DNA of 64,000 nt from Macrostomum lignano (Eukaryota): positions 1 through 64,000 of the forward strand of contig NIVC01003468.1 of assembly GCA_002269645.1 (NCBI GenBank), given 5' to 3'. Made by a program: the position numbers and the translations under genes. The notes beneath the pieces are model-generated. The model saw only the letters and a program-made list of their open reading frames with translations. It was not told where the DNA came from and did no database searches. Within the stretch, counting starts at the first letter, position 1. Each line of letters opens with the position of its first letter. Shown here piece by piece: positions 34,808 through 47,775 of this stretch.

Positions 34808-37000
34808 TGAAGGACTCAATGGGTCAGTCTGAAGGACTCAGTGGGTCAGCCGGAATATTCAGTGGGTCAGTCTGTAGGACTCAGTGGGTCAGTCTGAAGG
34901 GCTCAGTGGGTCAGTCTGTAGGACTCAGTGGGTCAGTCTGAAGGACTCAGTGGGTCAGTCTGTAGGACTCAGTGGGTCAGTCTGAAGGACTCAGTGGGTC
35001 AGTCTGTAGGACTCAGTGGGTCAGTTTGAAGGGCTCAGTGGATCAATCTGAAGGACTCAGTGGGTCAGCCGGAATATTCAGTGGGTCAGTCTGTAGGACT
35101 CAGTGGGTCAGTTTGAAGGGCTCAGTGGGTCAATCTGAAGGACTCAATGGATCAGCCTGAAGGACTCAGTGGGTCAGCCGGAATGATTCAGTGGGTCAGT
35201 CTGAAGGACTCAGTGGGTCAGTCTGTAGGACTCAGTGGTTCAGTCTGAAGGACTCAATGGATCAGCCTGAATGACTCAGTGGGTCAGTTTGAAGGGCTCA
35301 GTGGGTCAGATGGTCCAAAAGTGTCGGCGGGAATCGTAAATTGTCTCTGTAGCATCGAATGTTTAAAATTCGCGCAAATTCAAAAACTCACAGAACTTCT
35401 CCAACCTTTCGGCGCAGAGTTTCGAGTTTATTGAACAAGTTGTCGAGCCTTGGGTAGGTAAAAAATCTTCACAAAATGAATTGATTCCCGATATTTTGTC
35501 GGACAGGTTGGGGCGTCAAAAAGTCAGGCCAGAGAGGCTTTGGCGTCCCCCTGCCGCCTGTCTCAGTCACGAGCTCTGTGCCGGGCTGCTTGGGAAGTTA
35601 AATATTTAATCAGGAGCCCCCGAACAGGCAGGGAGGGGGAGAGCACGGCTGGAGAGAAGATTGGGGGATTTGGGGACGGGGTACGGCCTGCACCTGCACC
35701 AGTTCCGCTCTGCCGCCTGTTGGGAATAAAAGAGTGGGAATAAAGTCCTGTTGGAAACCTGGAGCTTCACAATGCACTTATGGAGTGCGGCTTCGTTTGT
35801 ATACAACTGCTTGCTGACTCTGATCCCACTGGCTCTGATCCCACTGGCTCTGATCCCACTGGCTCTGATCCCACTGGCTCTGATCCCACTGGCTCTGATC
35901 CCACTGGCTCTGATCCCACTGGCTCTGATCCCACTGGCTCTGATCCCACTGGCTCTGATCCCACTGGCTCTGATCCCACTGGCTCTGATCCCACTGGCTC
36001 TGATCCCACTGGCTCTGATCCCACTGGCTCTGATCCCACTGGCTCTGATCCCACTGGCTCTGATCCCACTGGCTCTGATCCCACTGGCTCTGATCCCACT
36101 GGCTCTGATCCCACTGGCTCTGATCCCACTGGCTCTGATCCCACTGGCTCTGATCCCACTGGCTCTGATCCCACTGGCTCTGATCCCACTGGCTCTGATC
36201 CCACTGGCTCTGATCCCACTGGCTCTGATCCCACTGGCTCTGATCCCACTGGCTCTGATCCCACTGGCTCTGATCCCACTGGCTCTGATCCCACTGGCTC
36301 TTGCCCCAGATCCGCAGGCACTCCCAAGTGTTTCAAACACGCAAGCAAGTTTAGTGAACAATTTTTACTTTATTTTCATATGAGGCAGCAGCAATTAACA
36401 AAAATCGTCAATTGTAAATTAAGTTTGGATGGAGAAATCAATGGTATGATCAGAGATTTTCAGCTAATTAAAAATTGATTCTTTGCAAAGGAGTCACAAG
36501 GGATCAAAGCTTAATTAGTTCCCGACAAGTTGGCAAAAAGACAGATTTTCTACGCAAATATTGCTTCATTTTGTCAGCTAAATTTAGCACGAAAACTATG
36601 TAACTCTACTCGCAAGTGAAATACTACTGCTCTGTGCGCTTGTTAGTAAAGTAAAGAGAGTAAAAAGCTATAAAATATTGTTAAAAGAAGATTAGCCCTA
36701 ATTAAGAAGCTGGACGTAATTTGGCTGGGAGATAGACATGAGATGGCTGAGGGATAGAGATTAGATGTCTGACTAAGGGATAGACATGACTATGAAATAG
36801 ATATGAGATGACTATGGAATAGACATGAGATGACTATGGAATAGACATGAGATGACTATGGAATAGACAGGAGATGACTATGGAAGAGACATGAGATAAC
36901 TATGGAATAGACAGGAGATGACTATGGAATAGACATGAGAAGACTATGGAATAGACATAAGATGACCGAGGAAGAGACATGAGATGACTATGGAATAGAC
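34808..37000. repeat. Three arrays upstream of the GPCR
   Basis: ~22-bp GGACTCAGTGGGTCAGTCTG(A/T)A (34808-35308), perfect 15-bp TGATCCCACTGGCTC (35816-36302), ~22-bp GACTATGGAATAGACATGAGAT (36735-37000). Confidence 0.9.
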
Positions 37001-37054
37001 ATCTATCGGGTAACATCAGACAGTGACGTCATCACTCGGACGGTCTGGGGGCCA

Positions 37055-37315
37055 TCAGACGCGGCAGAAAGCGATGGCCACGGCAGCCGGAGCTCCGGCA
37101 AAGAGGCCCAGCAGGGTGACGGCAGCCCGCCGCCGGCCTGGCGCAGGCGGCGCAGCAGCGGCAGCGGTGGCCTCGCCGTCGATCCCGACGCTGTCGTCGT
37201 CAAGCAGGACGATGACAGCCGCGAAGGCGCAGGCGGTGGTGACCAGCAGCAGCAGGACGGCCGTCAGCAGGCGGCGACCGCCGATGTTGACTTCGGCAAC
37301 CTGAGGTCCCGGCAT
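37055..37315 (-). CDS. Small two-TM protein (86 aa) or terminal exon of an unresolved gene
   Basis: GC-rich, host-exon-like composition with an Ala run; two hydrophobic segments; possible acceptor CTCAG|GTT near the start. Confidence 0.4.
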   Translation of the reverse strand: MPGPQVAEVNIGGRRLLTAVLLLLVTTACAFAAVIVLLDDDSVGIDGEATAAAAAPPAPGRRRAAVTLLGLFAGAPAAVAIAFCRV

Positions 37316-37769
37316 CCACTGAGCAGCAAAAGGCTGGCAAAGAATAGTCTATTTACGAGCTACACGTGGAACGCATTCTGAGATTTGGTCTCGCGCTGCT
37401 CTGAGCACAAGCAAATTCCACAGACAGCCGCTGCTGCTTTTAATACATGCGAGAATTTTATCTCAGCTCTGCGCCCGTTATTGTTTGATGAAGTAAACAG
37501 TGGCTGCTGACTGCAGTTTGAGAACCACGGGAACGCATGCAGCGACTTCTTGTGCGAGTAAGGGCTATTTCCAGCCCACTTAACCCGAAAATATTTGCAT
37601 CTTTCAGTCCAGTGAGGAACCTTTTTCTTCACTTCAAGCAGATTTTTAATGTTGAGTCACGTTGATCCAACAGTTGGCTTCTGCTGCCTAACAATGCATT
37701 GGACAGGTGCCTTTCAGATAGCACATGGATTAAACAGCCAATTCCTGTTATCCATGATAGGCTAGATGA

Positions 37770-39538
37770 GCAATCCATTCTTTTTCTGCATCCATGATAG
37801 GCTAGATGAGCAATCCATTCTTTTTCTGCATCCATGATAGGCTAGATTAGCAATCCATTCTATTCCTGCACCCATGATAGGCTAGATTAGCAATCCATTC
37901 TATTCCTGCACCCATGATAGGCTAGATTAGCAATCCATTCTTTTTCTGCACCCCTGATAGGCTAGATTAGCAATCCATTCTATTCCTGCACCCATGATAG
38001 ACTAGATTAGCAATCCATTCTATTCCTGCACCCCTGATAGGCTAGATTAGCAATCCATTCTATTCCTGCACCCATGATAGATTAGATTAGCAATCCATTC
38101 TATTCCTGCACCCCTGATAGGCTAGATTAGCAATCCATTCTATTCCTGCATCCATGATAGGCTAGATTAGCAATCCATTCTATTCCTGCATCCATGATAG
38201 GCTAGATTAGCAATCCATTCTATTCCTGCATCCATGATAGGCTAGATTAGCAATCCATTCTATTCCTGCACCCCTGATAGGCTAGATTAGCAATCCATTC
38301 TATTCCTGCATCCATGATAGGCTAGATTAGCAATCCATTCTATTCCTGCACCCATGATAGGCTAGATTAGCAACCCATTCTATTCCTGCATCCATGATAG
38401 GCTAGATTAGCAATCCATTCTTTTTCTGCACCCCTGATAGGCTAGATTAGCAATCCATTCTATTCCTGCACCCATGATAGGCTAGATTAGCAATCCATTC
38501 TATTCCTGCATCCATGATAGGCTAGATTAGCAATCCATTCTATTCCTGCACCCATGATAGGCTAGATTAGCAATCCATTCTATTCCTGCACCCCTGATAG
38601 GCTAGATTAGCAATCCATTCTATTCCTGCACCCATGATAGGCTAGATTAGCAATCCATTCTATTCCTGCACCCATGATAGGCTAGATTAGCAATCCATTC
38701 TATTCCTGCATCCATGATAGGCTAGATTAGCAATCCATTCTATTCCTGCACCCATGATAGGCTAGATTAGCAATCCATTCTATTCCTGCACCCATGATAG
38801 GCTAGATTAGCAATCCATTCTTTTTCTGCACCCCTGATAGGCTAGATTAGCAATCCATTCTATTCCTGCACCCATGATAGGCTAGATTAGCAATCCATTC
38901 TATTCCTGCACCCCTGATAGGCTAGATTAGCAATCCATTCTATTCCTGCACCCATGATAGACTAGATTAGCAATCCATTCTATTCCTGCACCCCTGATAG
39001 GCTAGATTAGCAATCCATTCTATTCCTGCATCCATGATAGGCTAGATTAGCAATCCATTCTATTCCTGCACCCATGATAGGCTAGATTAGCAACCCATTC
39101 TATTCCTGCATCCATGATAGGCTAGATTAGCAATCCATTCTTTTTCTGCACCCCTGATAGGCTAGATTAGCAATCCATTCTATTCCTGCACCCATGATAG
39201 GCTAGATTAGCAATCCATTCTATTCCTGCACCCATGATAGGCTAGATTAGCAATCCATTCTATTCCTGCATCCATGATAGGCTAGATTAGCAATCCATTC
39301 TATTCCTGCACCCATGATAGGCTAGATTAGCAATCCATTCTATTCCTGCACCCATGATAGGCTAGATTAGCAATCCATTCTATTCCTGCACCCATGATAG
39401 GCTAGATTAGCAATCCATTCTATTCCTGCACCCATGATAGGCTAGATTAGCAATCCATTCTATTCCTGCATCCATGATAGGCTAGATTAGCAATCCATTC
39501 TATTCCTGCACCCATGATAGGCTAGATTAGCAATCCAT
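37770..39538. repeat. 40-bp minisatellite, about 44 copies
   Basis: GATAGGCTAGATTAGCAATCCATTCTATTCCTGCACCCAT. Confidence 0.95.
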
Positions 39539-40149
39539 TTACCTCTCGGTAATTGCCGCATTCGCCAACTCAGACGCACTGTTTCCAAAACGAATAAGAA
39601 TGGAAAATTAGTTCTACAAGTTTTCAAATTATAACAATTGAATTTTCGCCAATCTGTTCTGATTTGCCGCGAGCCGGCAGCGAGAGACTCAGAATGAATT
39701 TTATTCACAGCAGGCGTGCAGCGCACAGGCAGCGGACAGGCGGATCGCGGGAATACTGGGAGGCGCAGGCCCTTGGGCGGCAGCCTGCACACATAAATAG
39801 CCAGCTGCGGCCACCTGCAGGGCCATGCGATCAGCAAAGCAGTTAGCATCAGGGGGGGGGGTATATTGGCAAACTGAACGAGCCAGTAAACGCAGGAAAA
39901 TCCAGGATGTGCAATGATCTGCAACTGTCATCAGTTCTGCTGCTGCTGAAAACGCTATAAACACAAATATATAGTACAGGTGATCAAGATGCAAAACATT
40001 TTGCTATGTGATTTCAGGCTTCTCAATAGAGGCGTCAAATACTAAATGGCTAAGCTGGTGCGGTGCATTGTCATGGCCTGGGCCTGGGCACTGTAAACCT
40101 AACCACCTGTATCCCCACCCAACCTCATGCCTGCCCACCTAACCTCCCG

Positions 40150-41790
40150 CCTCCCCACCTAACAACCCACCCACCTCCTCAACTAACAACCCGCCTCACC
40201 ACCCAACCACCCATCTCCCCACCAACCACCCATCTCCCCACCAACCACCCATCTCCCCACCAACCACCCATCTCCCCACCCAACCACCCATCTCCCCACC
40301 CAACCACCCATCTCCCCACCAACTACCCATCTCCCCACCCAACCACCCATCTCCCCACCCAACCACCCATCTCCCCACCAACCACCCATCTCCCCACCCA
40401 ACCACCCATCTCCCCACCCAACCACCCATCTCCCCACCAACCACGCATCTCCCCACCCAACCACTCATCTCCCCACCCAACCACCCATCTCCCCACCAAC
40501 TACCCATCTCCCCACCAACTACCCATCTCCCCACCCAACCACCCATCTCCCCACCAACCACCCATCTCCCCACCCAACCACCCATCTCCCCACCCAACCA
40601 CCCATCTCCCCACCCAACCACCCATCTCCCCACCCAACCACCCATCTCCCCACCCAACCACCCATCTCCCCACCCAACCACCCATCTCCCCACCAACCAC
40701 CCATCTCCCCACCAACCACCCATCTCGTCACCAGCTTAGCCAGCGTGCAAAACAGCAGCGCTACTTGAAGGTTAAGCAGAGAAAAAGACGATCATATGAA
40801 GGACAAAAAGCTGCTGCAATCGAAGCAGTCTGACTAAGCAGATTTAAATACAAAATAATAAGCTGATTCGCTCGCACTGACTGAGAAAGCAAAGCTGAAG
40901 ATTACAATTTTCGCGGCAAAAATCCTTTTCATACTACTTAATAAAACTCTACAAAACAAGCCAAGCCATTGTTCCCATATTTGATCGACTAAAACAAATA
41001 TGCAACAGGAACTTGTCCGCCCGGGCCGAGCAGCGGAGCGAACAAATGCAAAAGAGATAGAATACGCCGATTTGCAAAAGTACATTCAGTTTAAGTGCTG
41101 CGAATAACTGCGTAGTGAAGAATTTCAAATAATGCGATAGTTGCGCTCAGAAGGACATTCACTCAGAGGGATACTCAGAAGGATATGAACACTGTTGAGA
41201 TTGGGATTAGCGAGATTATTGTGAGAAAAGGATGGTACTATATAAGATGTAGGGAGAAAAAGAGTGAGACTAATGGAAAATTGGGGAAAATATGTGAGAT
41301 TTAGGTAGGAGACAACTAGCTAAAGAACTTTCGCCTAGCGAAATATAAATTGAGATTTCCAGGAAAGGGAAGGGTGAGATAGAGAGATGTATGGAGAGAT
41401 AAAGAGTGAGACAGGGAGATGTAGGGAGAGATAAAGAGTGAGACAGGGAGATGTAGGGAGAGATAAAGAGTGAGACAGGGAGATGTAGAGAGAGATAAAG
41501 AGTGAGACAGGGAGATGTAGGGAGAGATAAAGAGTGAGACAGGGAGATGTAGGGAGAGATAAAGAGTGAGACAGGGAGATGTAGGGAGATGAAGGGTGAG
41601 ATAAGGAGATGTAGGGAGAGATAAAGAGTGAGATAAGGAGATGTAGGGAGAGATAAAGAGTGAGGCTTAGGGAGATGAAGAGTGAGATAGGGAGATGTAG
41701 GGAGAGAGACAGGGAGACTTAGGGAGATGAAGAGTGAGATTGGGAGATGTAGGGAGATATAAAGAGTGAGGTAGGGAGATCTAGAAAGAG
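40150..41790. repeat. C-rich (40150-40725) and purine-rich 32-bp (41375-41790) minisatellites
   Basis: CCACCCATCTCCCCACCCAA; GGGAGATGTAGGGAGAGATAAAGAGTGAGACA. Confidence 0.9.
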
Positions 41791-42156
41791 ATAGAGTGAG
41801 ATCCTCAAATGTACTCGTAGCAAGAGAAAAAGAGTAAGACAGGGAGATATGGGGAGAGAAAATGGGTAAGAGGGGTAAGATAGAGGGAGACAGGAGTGAT
41901 GAGATTCAGGTGGATCATGAGACAAAACAAAATCAAAGACTTTCAGCCACAATTTGCCGGACGGGCACACAGCCGGGCTGCCAAGGCTTTCCATATCTAA
42001 GCTCAGGTTACAGCTAACAACAGGACAGCAAAGTGCTCACAATAGGCATCAAAATAAATCAGACTCTTAATCTGCGCGAGTCGCGATTTACAGGTGCATT
42101 AAAAAAGTCTCCACCTGTGCCAGGGAAGTCCGGCTGCTGTATCACAGATGACCGTC

Positions 42157-45100
42157 TCAGCAGTCAGCCTCCGCCTCTGCCGTGACCTCAGCCCGCACAA
42201 CCTGCACCTCCACCCGCGTCTCCGCTTCCGCGGCGGCGCCCGCCTCGGCCACCGCTGCCGCCGGCGTCAGTGCGATCGCCGAATCGCCTTCGCTGGAAGC
42301 CGCTTCGGCGCCAAACAGGCGCAGCGTGGCGTCGGTGAAGGCGGGCGCGTCGCCGCTGCCGCCGCAGCCTCCGGTCTCGTCGCCGACGCACGAGTCGCCA
42401 TCGTTGGCGTCGGCTCGGCAGCGGCGGCAGAGGGAGCGGCACTTGCAGCAGAGGATGAAGGGGGCCGCCAGCAGCACGAAGGGGCTGACGATCACCACCA
42501 GCAGGGAGAAGCCGAAGAAGATGGCGCCAACCTGCACGGCGAATCGCTTGTCAATATTAGCAACACTGTGGGATTCGCTAGGGCTGCTTGTTGGGCATAC
42601 AGTCCAGGACTGCGGGGACACGGAAGCTAAAGCACAGCGGAGATCGAGTCCAGGACTGCGGGGACACGGAAGCTAAAGCACAGCGGAGATCGAGTCCAGG
42701 ACTGCGGGGACACGGAGGCTAAAGCACAGCGGAGATCGAGTCCAGGACTGCGGGGACACGGAAGCTAAAGCACAGCGGAGATCGAGTCCAGGACTGCGGG
42801 GACACGGAAGCTAAAGCACAGCGGAGATCGAGTCCAGGACTGCGGGGACATGGAAGCTAAAGCACAGCGGAGATCGAGTCCAGGACTGCGGGGACACGGA
42901 AGCTAAAGCACAGCGGAGATCGAGTCCAGGACTGCGGGGACATGGAAGCTAAAGCACAGCGGAGATCGAGTCCAGGACTGCGGGGACACGGAGCTAAAGC
43001 ACAGCGGAGATCGAGTCCAGGACTGCGGGGACACGGAAGCTAAAGCACAGCGGAGATCGAGTCCAGGACTGCGGGGACATGGAAGCTAAAGCACAGCGGA
43101 GATCGAGTCCAGGACTGCGGGGACATGGAAGCTAAAGCACAGCGGAGATCGAGTCCAGGACTGCGGGGACACGGAGCTAAAGCACAGCGGAGATCGAGTC
43201 CAGGACTGCGGGGACATGGAAGCTAAAGCACAACGGAGATCGAGTCCAGGACTGCGGGGACATGGAAGCTAAAGCACAGCGGAGATCGAGTCCAGGACTG
43301 CGGGGACACGGAGCTAAAGCACAGCGGAGATCGAGTCCAGGACTGCGGGGACACGGAGCTAAAGCACAGCGGAGATCGAGTCCAGGACTGCGGGGACACA
43401 GAGCTAAAGCACAGCGGAGATCGAGTCCAGGACTGCGGGGACATGGAAGCTAAAGCACAGCGGAGATCGAGTCCAGGACTGCGGGGACACGGAAGCTAAA
43501 GCACAGCGGAGATCGAGTCCAGGACTGCGGGGACACGGAAGCTAAAGCACAGCGGAGATCGAGTCCAGGACTGCGGGGACACGGAGCTAAAGCACAGCGG
43601 AGATCGAGTCCAGGACTGCGGGGACACAGAGCTAAAGCACAGCGGAGATCGAGTCCAGGACTGCGGGGACATGGAAGCTAAAGCACAGCGGAGATCGAGT
43701 CCAGGACTGCGGGGACACGGAAGCTAAAGCACAGCGGAGATCGAGTCCAGGACTGCGGGGACATGGAAGCTAAAGCACAGCGGAGATCGAGTCCAGGACT
43801 GCGGGGACACGGAAGCTAAAGCACAGCGGAGATCGAGTCCAGGACTGCGGGGACATGGAAGCTAAAGCACAGCGGAGATCGAGTCCAGGACTGCGGGGAC
43901 ACGGAGCTAAAGCACAGCGGAGATCGAGTCCAGGACTGCGGGGACACGGAAGCTAAAGCACAGCGGAGATCGAGTCCAGGACTGCGGGGACACGGAGCTA
44001 AAGCACAGCGGAGATCGAGTCCAGGACTGCGGGGACATGGAAGCTAAAGCACAGCGGAGATCGAGTCCAGGACTGCGGGGACATGGAAGCTAAAGCACAG
44101 CGGAGATCGAGTCCAGGACTGCGGGGACACGGAGCTAAAGCACAGCGGAGATCGAGTCCAGGACTGCGGGGACATGGAAGCTAAAGCACAGCGGAGATCG
44201 AGTCCAGGACTGCGGGGACACGGAGCTAAAGCACAGCGGAGATCGAGTCCAGGACTGCGGGGACAAGGAGCTAAAGCACAGCGGAGATCGAGTCCAGGAC
44301 TGCGGGGACACGGAGCTAAAGCACAGCGGAGATCGAGTCCAGGACTGCGGGGACACGGAGCTAAAGCACAGCGGAGATCGAGTCCAGGACTGCGGGGACA
44401 TGGAAGCTAAAGCACAGCGGAGATCGAGTCCAGGACTGCGGGGACATGGAAGCTAAAGCACAGCGGAGATCGAGTCCAGGACTGCGGGGACACGGAGCTA
44501 AAGCACAGCGGAGATCGAGTCCAGGACTGCGGGGACACGGAAGCTAAAGCACAGCGGAGATCGAGTCCAGGACTGCGGGGACATGGAAGCTAAAGCACAG
44601 CGGAGATCGAGTCCAGGACTGCGGGGACACGGAGCTAAAGCACAGCGGAGATCGAGTCCAGGACTGCGGGGACACGGAGCTAAAGCACAGCGGAGATCGA
44701 GTCCAGGACTGCGGGGACATGGAAGCTAAAGCACAGCGGAGATCGAGTCCAGGACTGCGGGACATGGAAGCTAAAGCACAGCGGAGATCGAGTCCAGGAC
44801 TGCGGGGACACGGAGCTAAAGCACAGCGGAGATCGAGTCCAGGACTGCGGGGACACGGAAGCTAAAGCACAGCGGAGATCGAGTCCAGGACTGCGGGGAC
44901 ACGGAAGCTAAAGCACAGCGGAGATCGAGTCCAGGACTGCGGGGACACGAAGCTAAAGCACAGCGGAGATCGAGTCCAGGACTGCGGGGACATGGAAGCT
45001 AAAGCACAGCGGAGATCGAGTCCAGGACTGCGGGGACATGGAAGCTAAAGCACAGCGGAGATCGAGTCCAGGACTGCGGGGACACGGAGCTAAAGCACAG

Positions 45101-45275
45101 CGGAGATCGAGTCCAGGACTGCGGGGACACGGAGGCTAAAGCACAGCGGAGATCGAGTCCAGGACTGCGGGGACACGGAGCTAAAGCACAGCGGAGATCG
45201 AGTCCAGGACTGCGGGGACACGGAAGCTAAAGCACAGCGGAGATCGAGTCCAGGACTGCGGGACACGGAAGCTAA

Positions 45276-45332
<57 letters not shown>

Positions 45333-46995
45333 GAACCCGGTGCAGCATCAGCGAAGCCCTTGAGTGGCCCAGTTTGTACCGGCACGGCCCGTTGTCATAG
45401 TGACGAAGAAAGAAGTCGCCCTGCAAAGTAAAAAAGGGCGCGATTTGAGGATTAAAACTAGCAGGCGCAGATGTTGGAGCCTCGGTAGCTTCGATCCCCG
45501 AAAGTGTAAAATCGGTACAATTTCTTCAGTAAAAAGCCCTATATGAAATACTAGACTTAGTGCAGTGCGCAGGCCGCGAATTTCGATACAGACACAGCGA
45601 ATGCATTCCAATAGGGTAGCGGGCGGCCAGAAAGTGAACTAATCTGGCATGGCATCGGCTCTATTAATAGCAGCCAGACTGTTGAACAGATCCAATGCCC
45701 AGAATTGAATGCTGCTATTTTTAAGGACTCTGGCACTCAAACCGACAATACAGGAAGCTGTGAGGCTGAGAGCAGCACAAGCATTGCAGACACGGGCAGA
45801 GTTCGATACCTGCAGCCAGCTGCGTGTTGTCAGATATGGCGGCTGGCCCCGGGGAACGGACACAGGCAGATGAAAGATATAAGAATGAAAGTGGGGGACA
45901 GGGAGAGGGGGAGAGGGAGAAGTAGAGACAGGGAGGGAGAAGAGAAAGAGAGAACATGTAGGAGAAGGTGAGAGGGAGGGAGAAGAGGGAGAAGAGGGAG
46001 AAGACGGAGAGGGAAAGGGAGAAGAGGGGGAGAGGGGGCAAGGAGAAGAGAGAGAGAAGAGGGGAGAAGAGGGGGGAGAAGAGAGGGAGGGAGGGAGAGG
46101 AGGAAGGAGAGAGGGATTCAGGGGAAGAGGGGAAACATTGGAAGGAGTAAGGAAAGGAAGGGAGTGGAAGGCATGATACACAATATACGTAGGCACTGAT
46201 AATAAACACAAACTCCAGAAGCAGAGGAGGGCAGAGCAGATCAGCAAACAACAGAGACGAGTGCAACTGATATGAAGAGTTCCGGCCAAAAGTACAGAGC
46301 AGAATGCGCAAAGTACACAGGGTACTCACATCCAGCTTGGCCAGGCAATACCAGCAGAAGATGTGCCTGCACCGTTTGCACATCATCTGGGCGCATCCGT
46401 GATCCCGCTCGATTGGGATGGCGCACACTGGGCACCGCTTCACAGGCGCGTCCTGCGGCTGCGTGAACAAGATGCCGTGCGTCCTGGCCAGCTGCTGGTC
46501 GCAGTCGATGCCGCGGTGCCACTCCAGCTTGCAGCGGGAGCAGAACACCAAGCCGCAGGCCGGGCAGGACACTCGCCAGCCGCGCTCCGGACGTTTCCGG
46601 CGACGCCGGCCTAGCGAGAATTTCCGGTCGCGAGGCCCGGGCACGCTGAAGACGGTCTCGCAGCCGGCTCTGGGGCAGAAGGTGCGCCTGGGGTCCATTT
46701 CAACTTCCTTGAGGAAGCACAGGTGCAAGTAGCGCCTGTACAGCTGGGCAGAGCACAGCGACTCGATCTCGCTGGGGAGCAGCTCGCCGATGCGGGAGCA
46801 GGCGCCGTCTGGGCAGCTGATGAAGCCGACGTTGCCCTCTCTGATCAACAGCGTCACGTAGCGCTCCATGCAGGGCCGGCAGAAGGCGCAACCGCAGTCT
46901 CTTAGCGTCATCATGTCCGACTTAGCAACGTCTTCCATACACAGCTTGCACTGGCTGCGGCCGCTGCGCTTCCTGCCTGACAGCCTCTGCAGCAT
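42157..46995 (-). CDS. RNF144: RBR E3 ubiquitin ligase of the RNF144 family (RING1-IBR-RING2-TM), 3 coding exons
   Basis: Exons 46995-46330, 45420-45331, 42531-42157. CKLC...[35 protein letters not shown]...[71 protein letters not shown] paralogue not assignable. Confidence 0.92.
42599..45330. repeat. 45/46-bp minisatellite (about 58 copies) plus (CA)n filling RNF144 intron 2
   Basis: AGTCCAGGACTGCGGGGACACGGAAGCTAAAGCACAGCGGAGATCG. Confidence 0.95.
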
Positions 46996-47019
46996 CTGTC
47001 GGCTGCGGGAAGGTTGGGC

Positions 47020-47775
47020 AGTGCAGAGTCAAGGAGGCTGGGTGATGCAGAGTCAAGGAGGCTGGGTGTCGGTGATGCAGAGGCAGGGAGACTTGATGAT
47101 GCAGAGTCAGGGAGGCTGGGTGATGCAGAGTCAGGGAGGCTGGGTGATGCAGAGTCAGGGAGGCTAAGTGATGCAGAGGCAAAGAGGCTAGGTGATGCAG
47201 AGTCAGGGAGACTGGGTGATGCAGAGTCAAGGAGGCTGGGTGTCGGTGATGCAGAGGCAAGGAGACTTGATGATGCAAAGTCAGGGAGGCTGGGTGATGC
47301 AGAGTCAGGGAGACTGGGTGGTGCAGAGTCAAGGATACTGGGTGATGCAGAGGCAAAGAGGCTAGGTGATGCAGAGTCAGGTAGACTGGGTGATGCAGAG
47401 TCAAGGAGGCTGGGTGATGCAGAGGCAAAGAGGCTGGGTGATGCAGAGTCAAGGAGGCTGGGTGATGCAGAGTCAAGGAGGCTGGGTGATGCAGAGTCAT
47501 GGAGGCTGGTTGATGCAGAGGCAAAGAGGCTAGGTGATGCAGAGTCAAGGAGGCTGGGTGATGCAGACACAGGGAGACTTGATTATATAGTGTCAGCGGT
47601 TGGGTGATGCAGAGTCAGGACAATAGGTAATGCAGAGTCAGGACAATAGGTGATGCAGAGTCAGGACAATAGGCGATGCAGAGTCAGGACAATAGGCGAT
47701 GCAGAGTCAGGACAATAGGTGATGCAGAGTCAGGACAATAGGTGATGCAGAGTCAGGACAATAGGTGATGCAGAG
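47020..47775. repeat. ~24-bp degenerate minisatellite upstream of the first RNF144 coding exon
   Basis: GATGCAGAGTCAAGGAGGCTGGGT units. Confidence 0.9.

Noticed and set aside
23096-45331. CAG|GT at both ends of several introns as introner TSDs
   Set aside because: This equals the ordinary proto-splice consensus, and the introns share no sequence or length as introners would.
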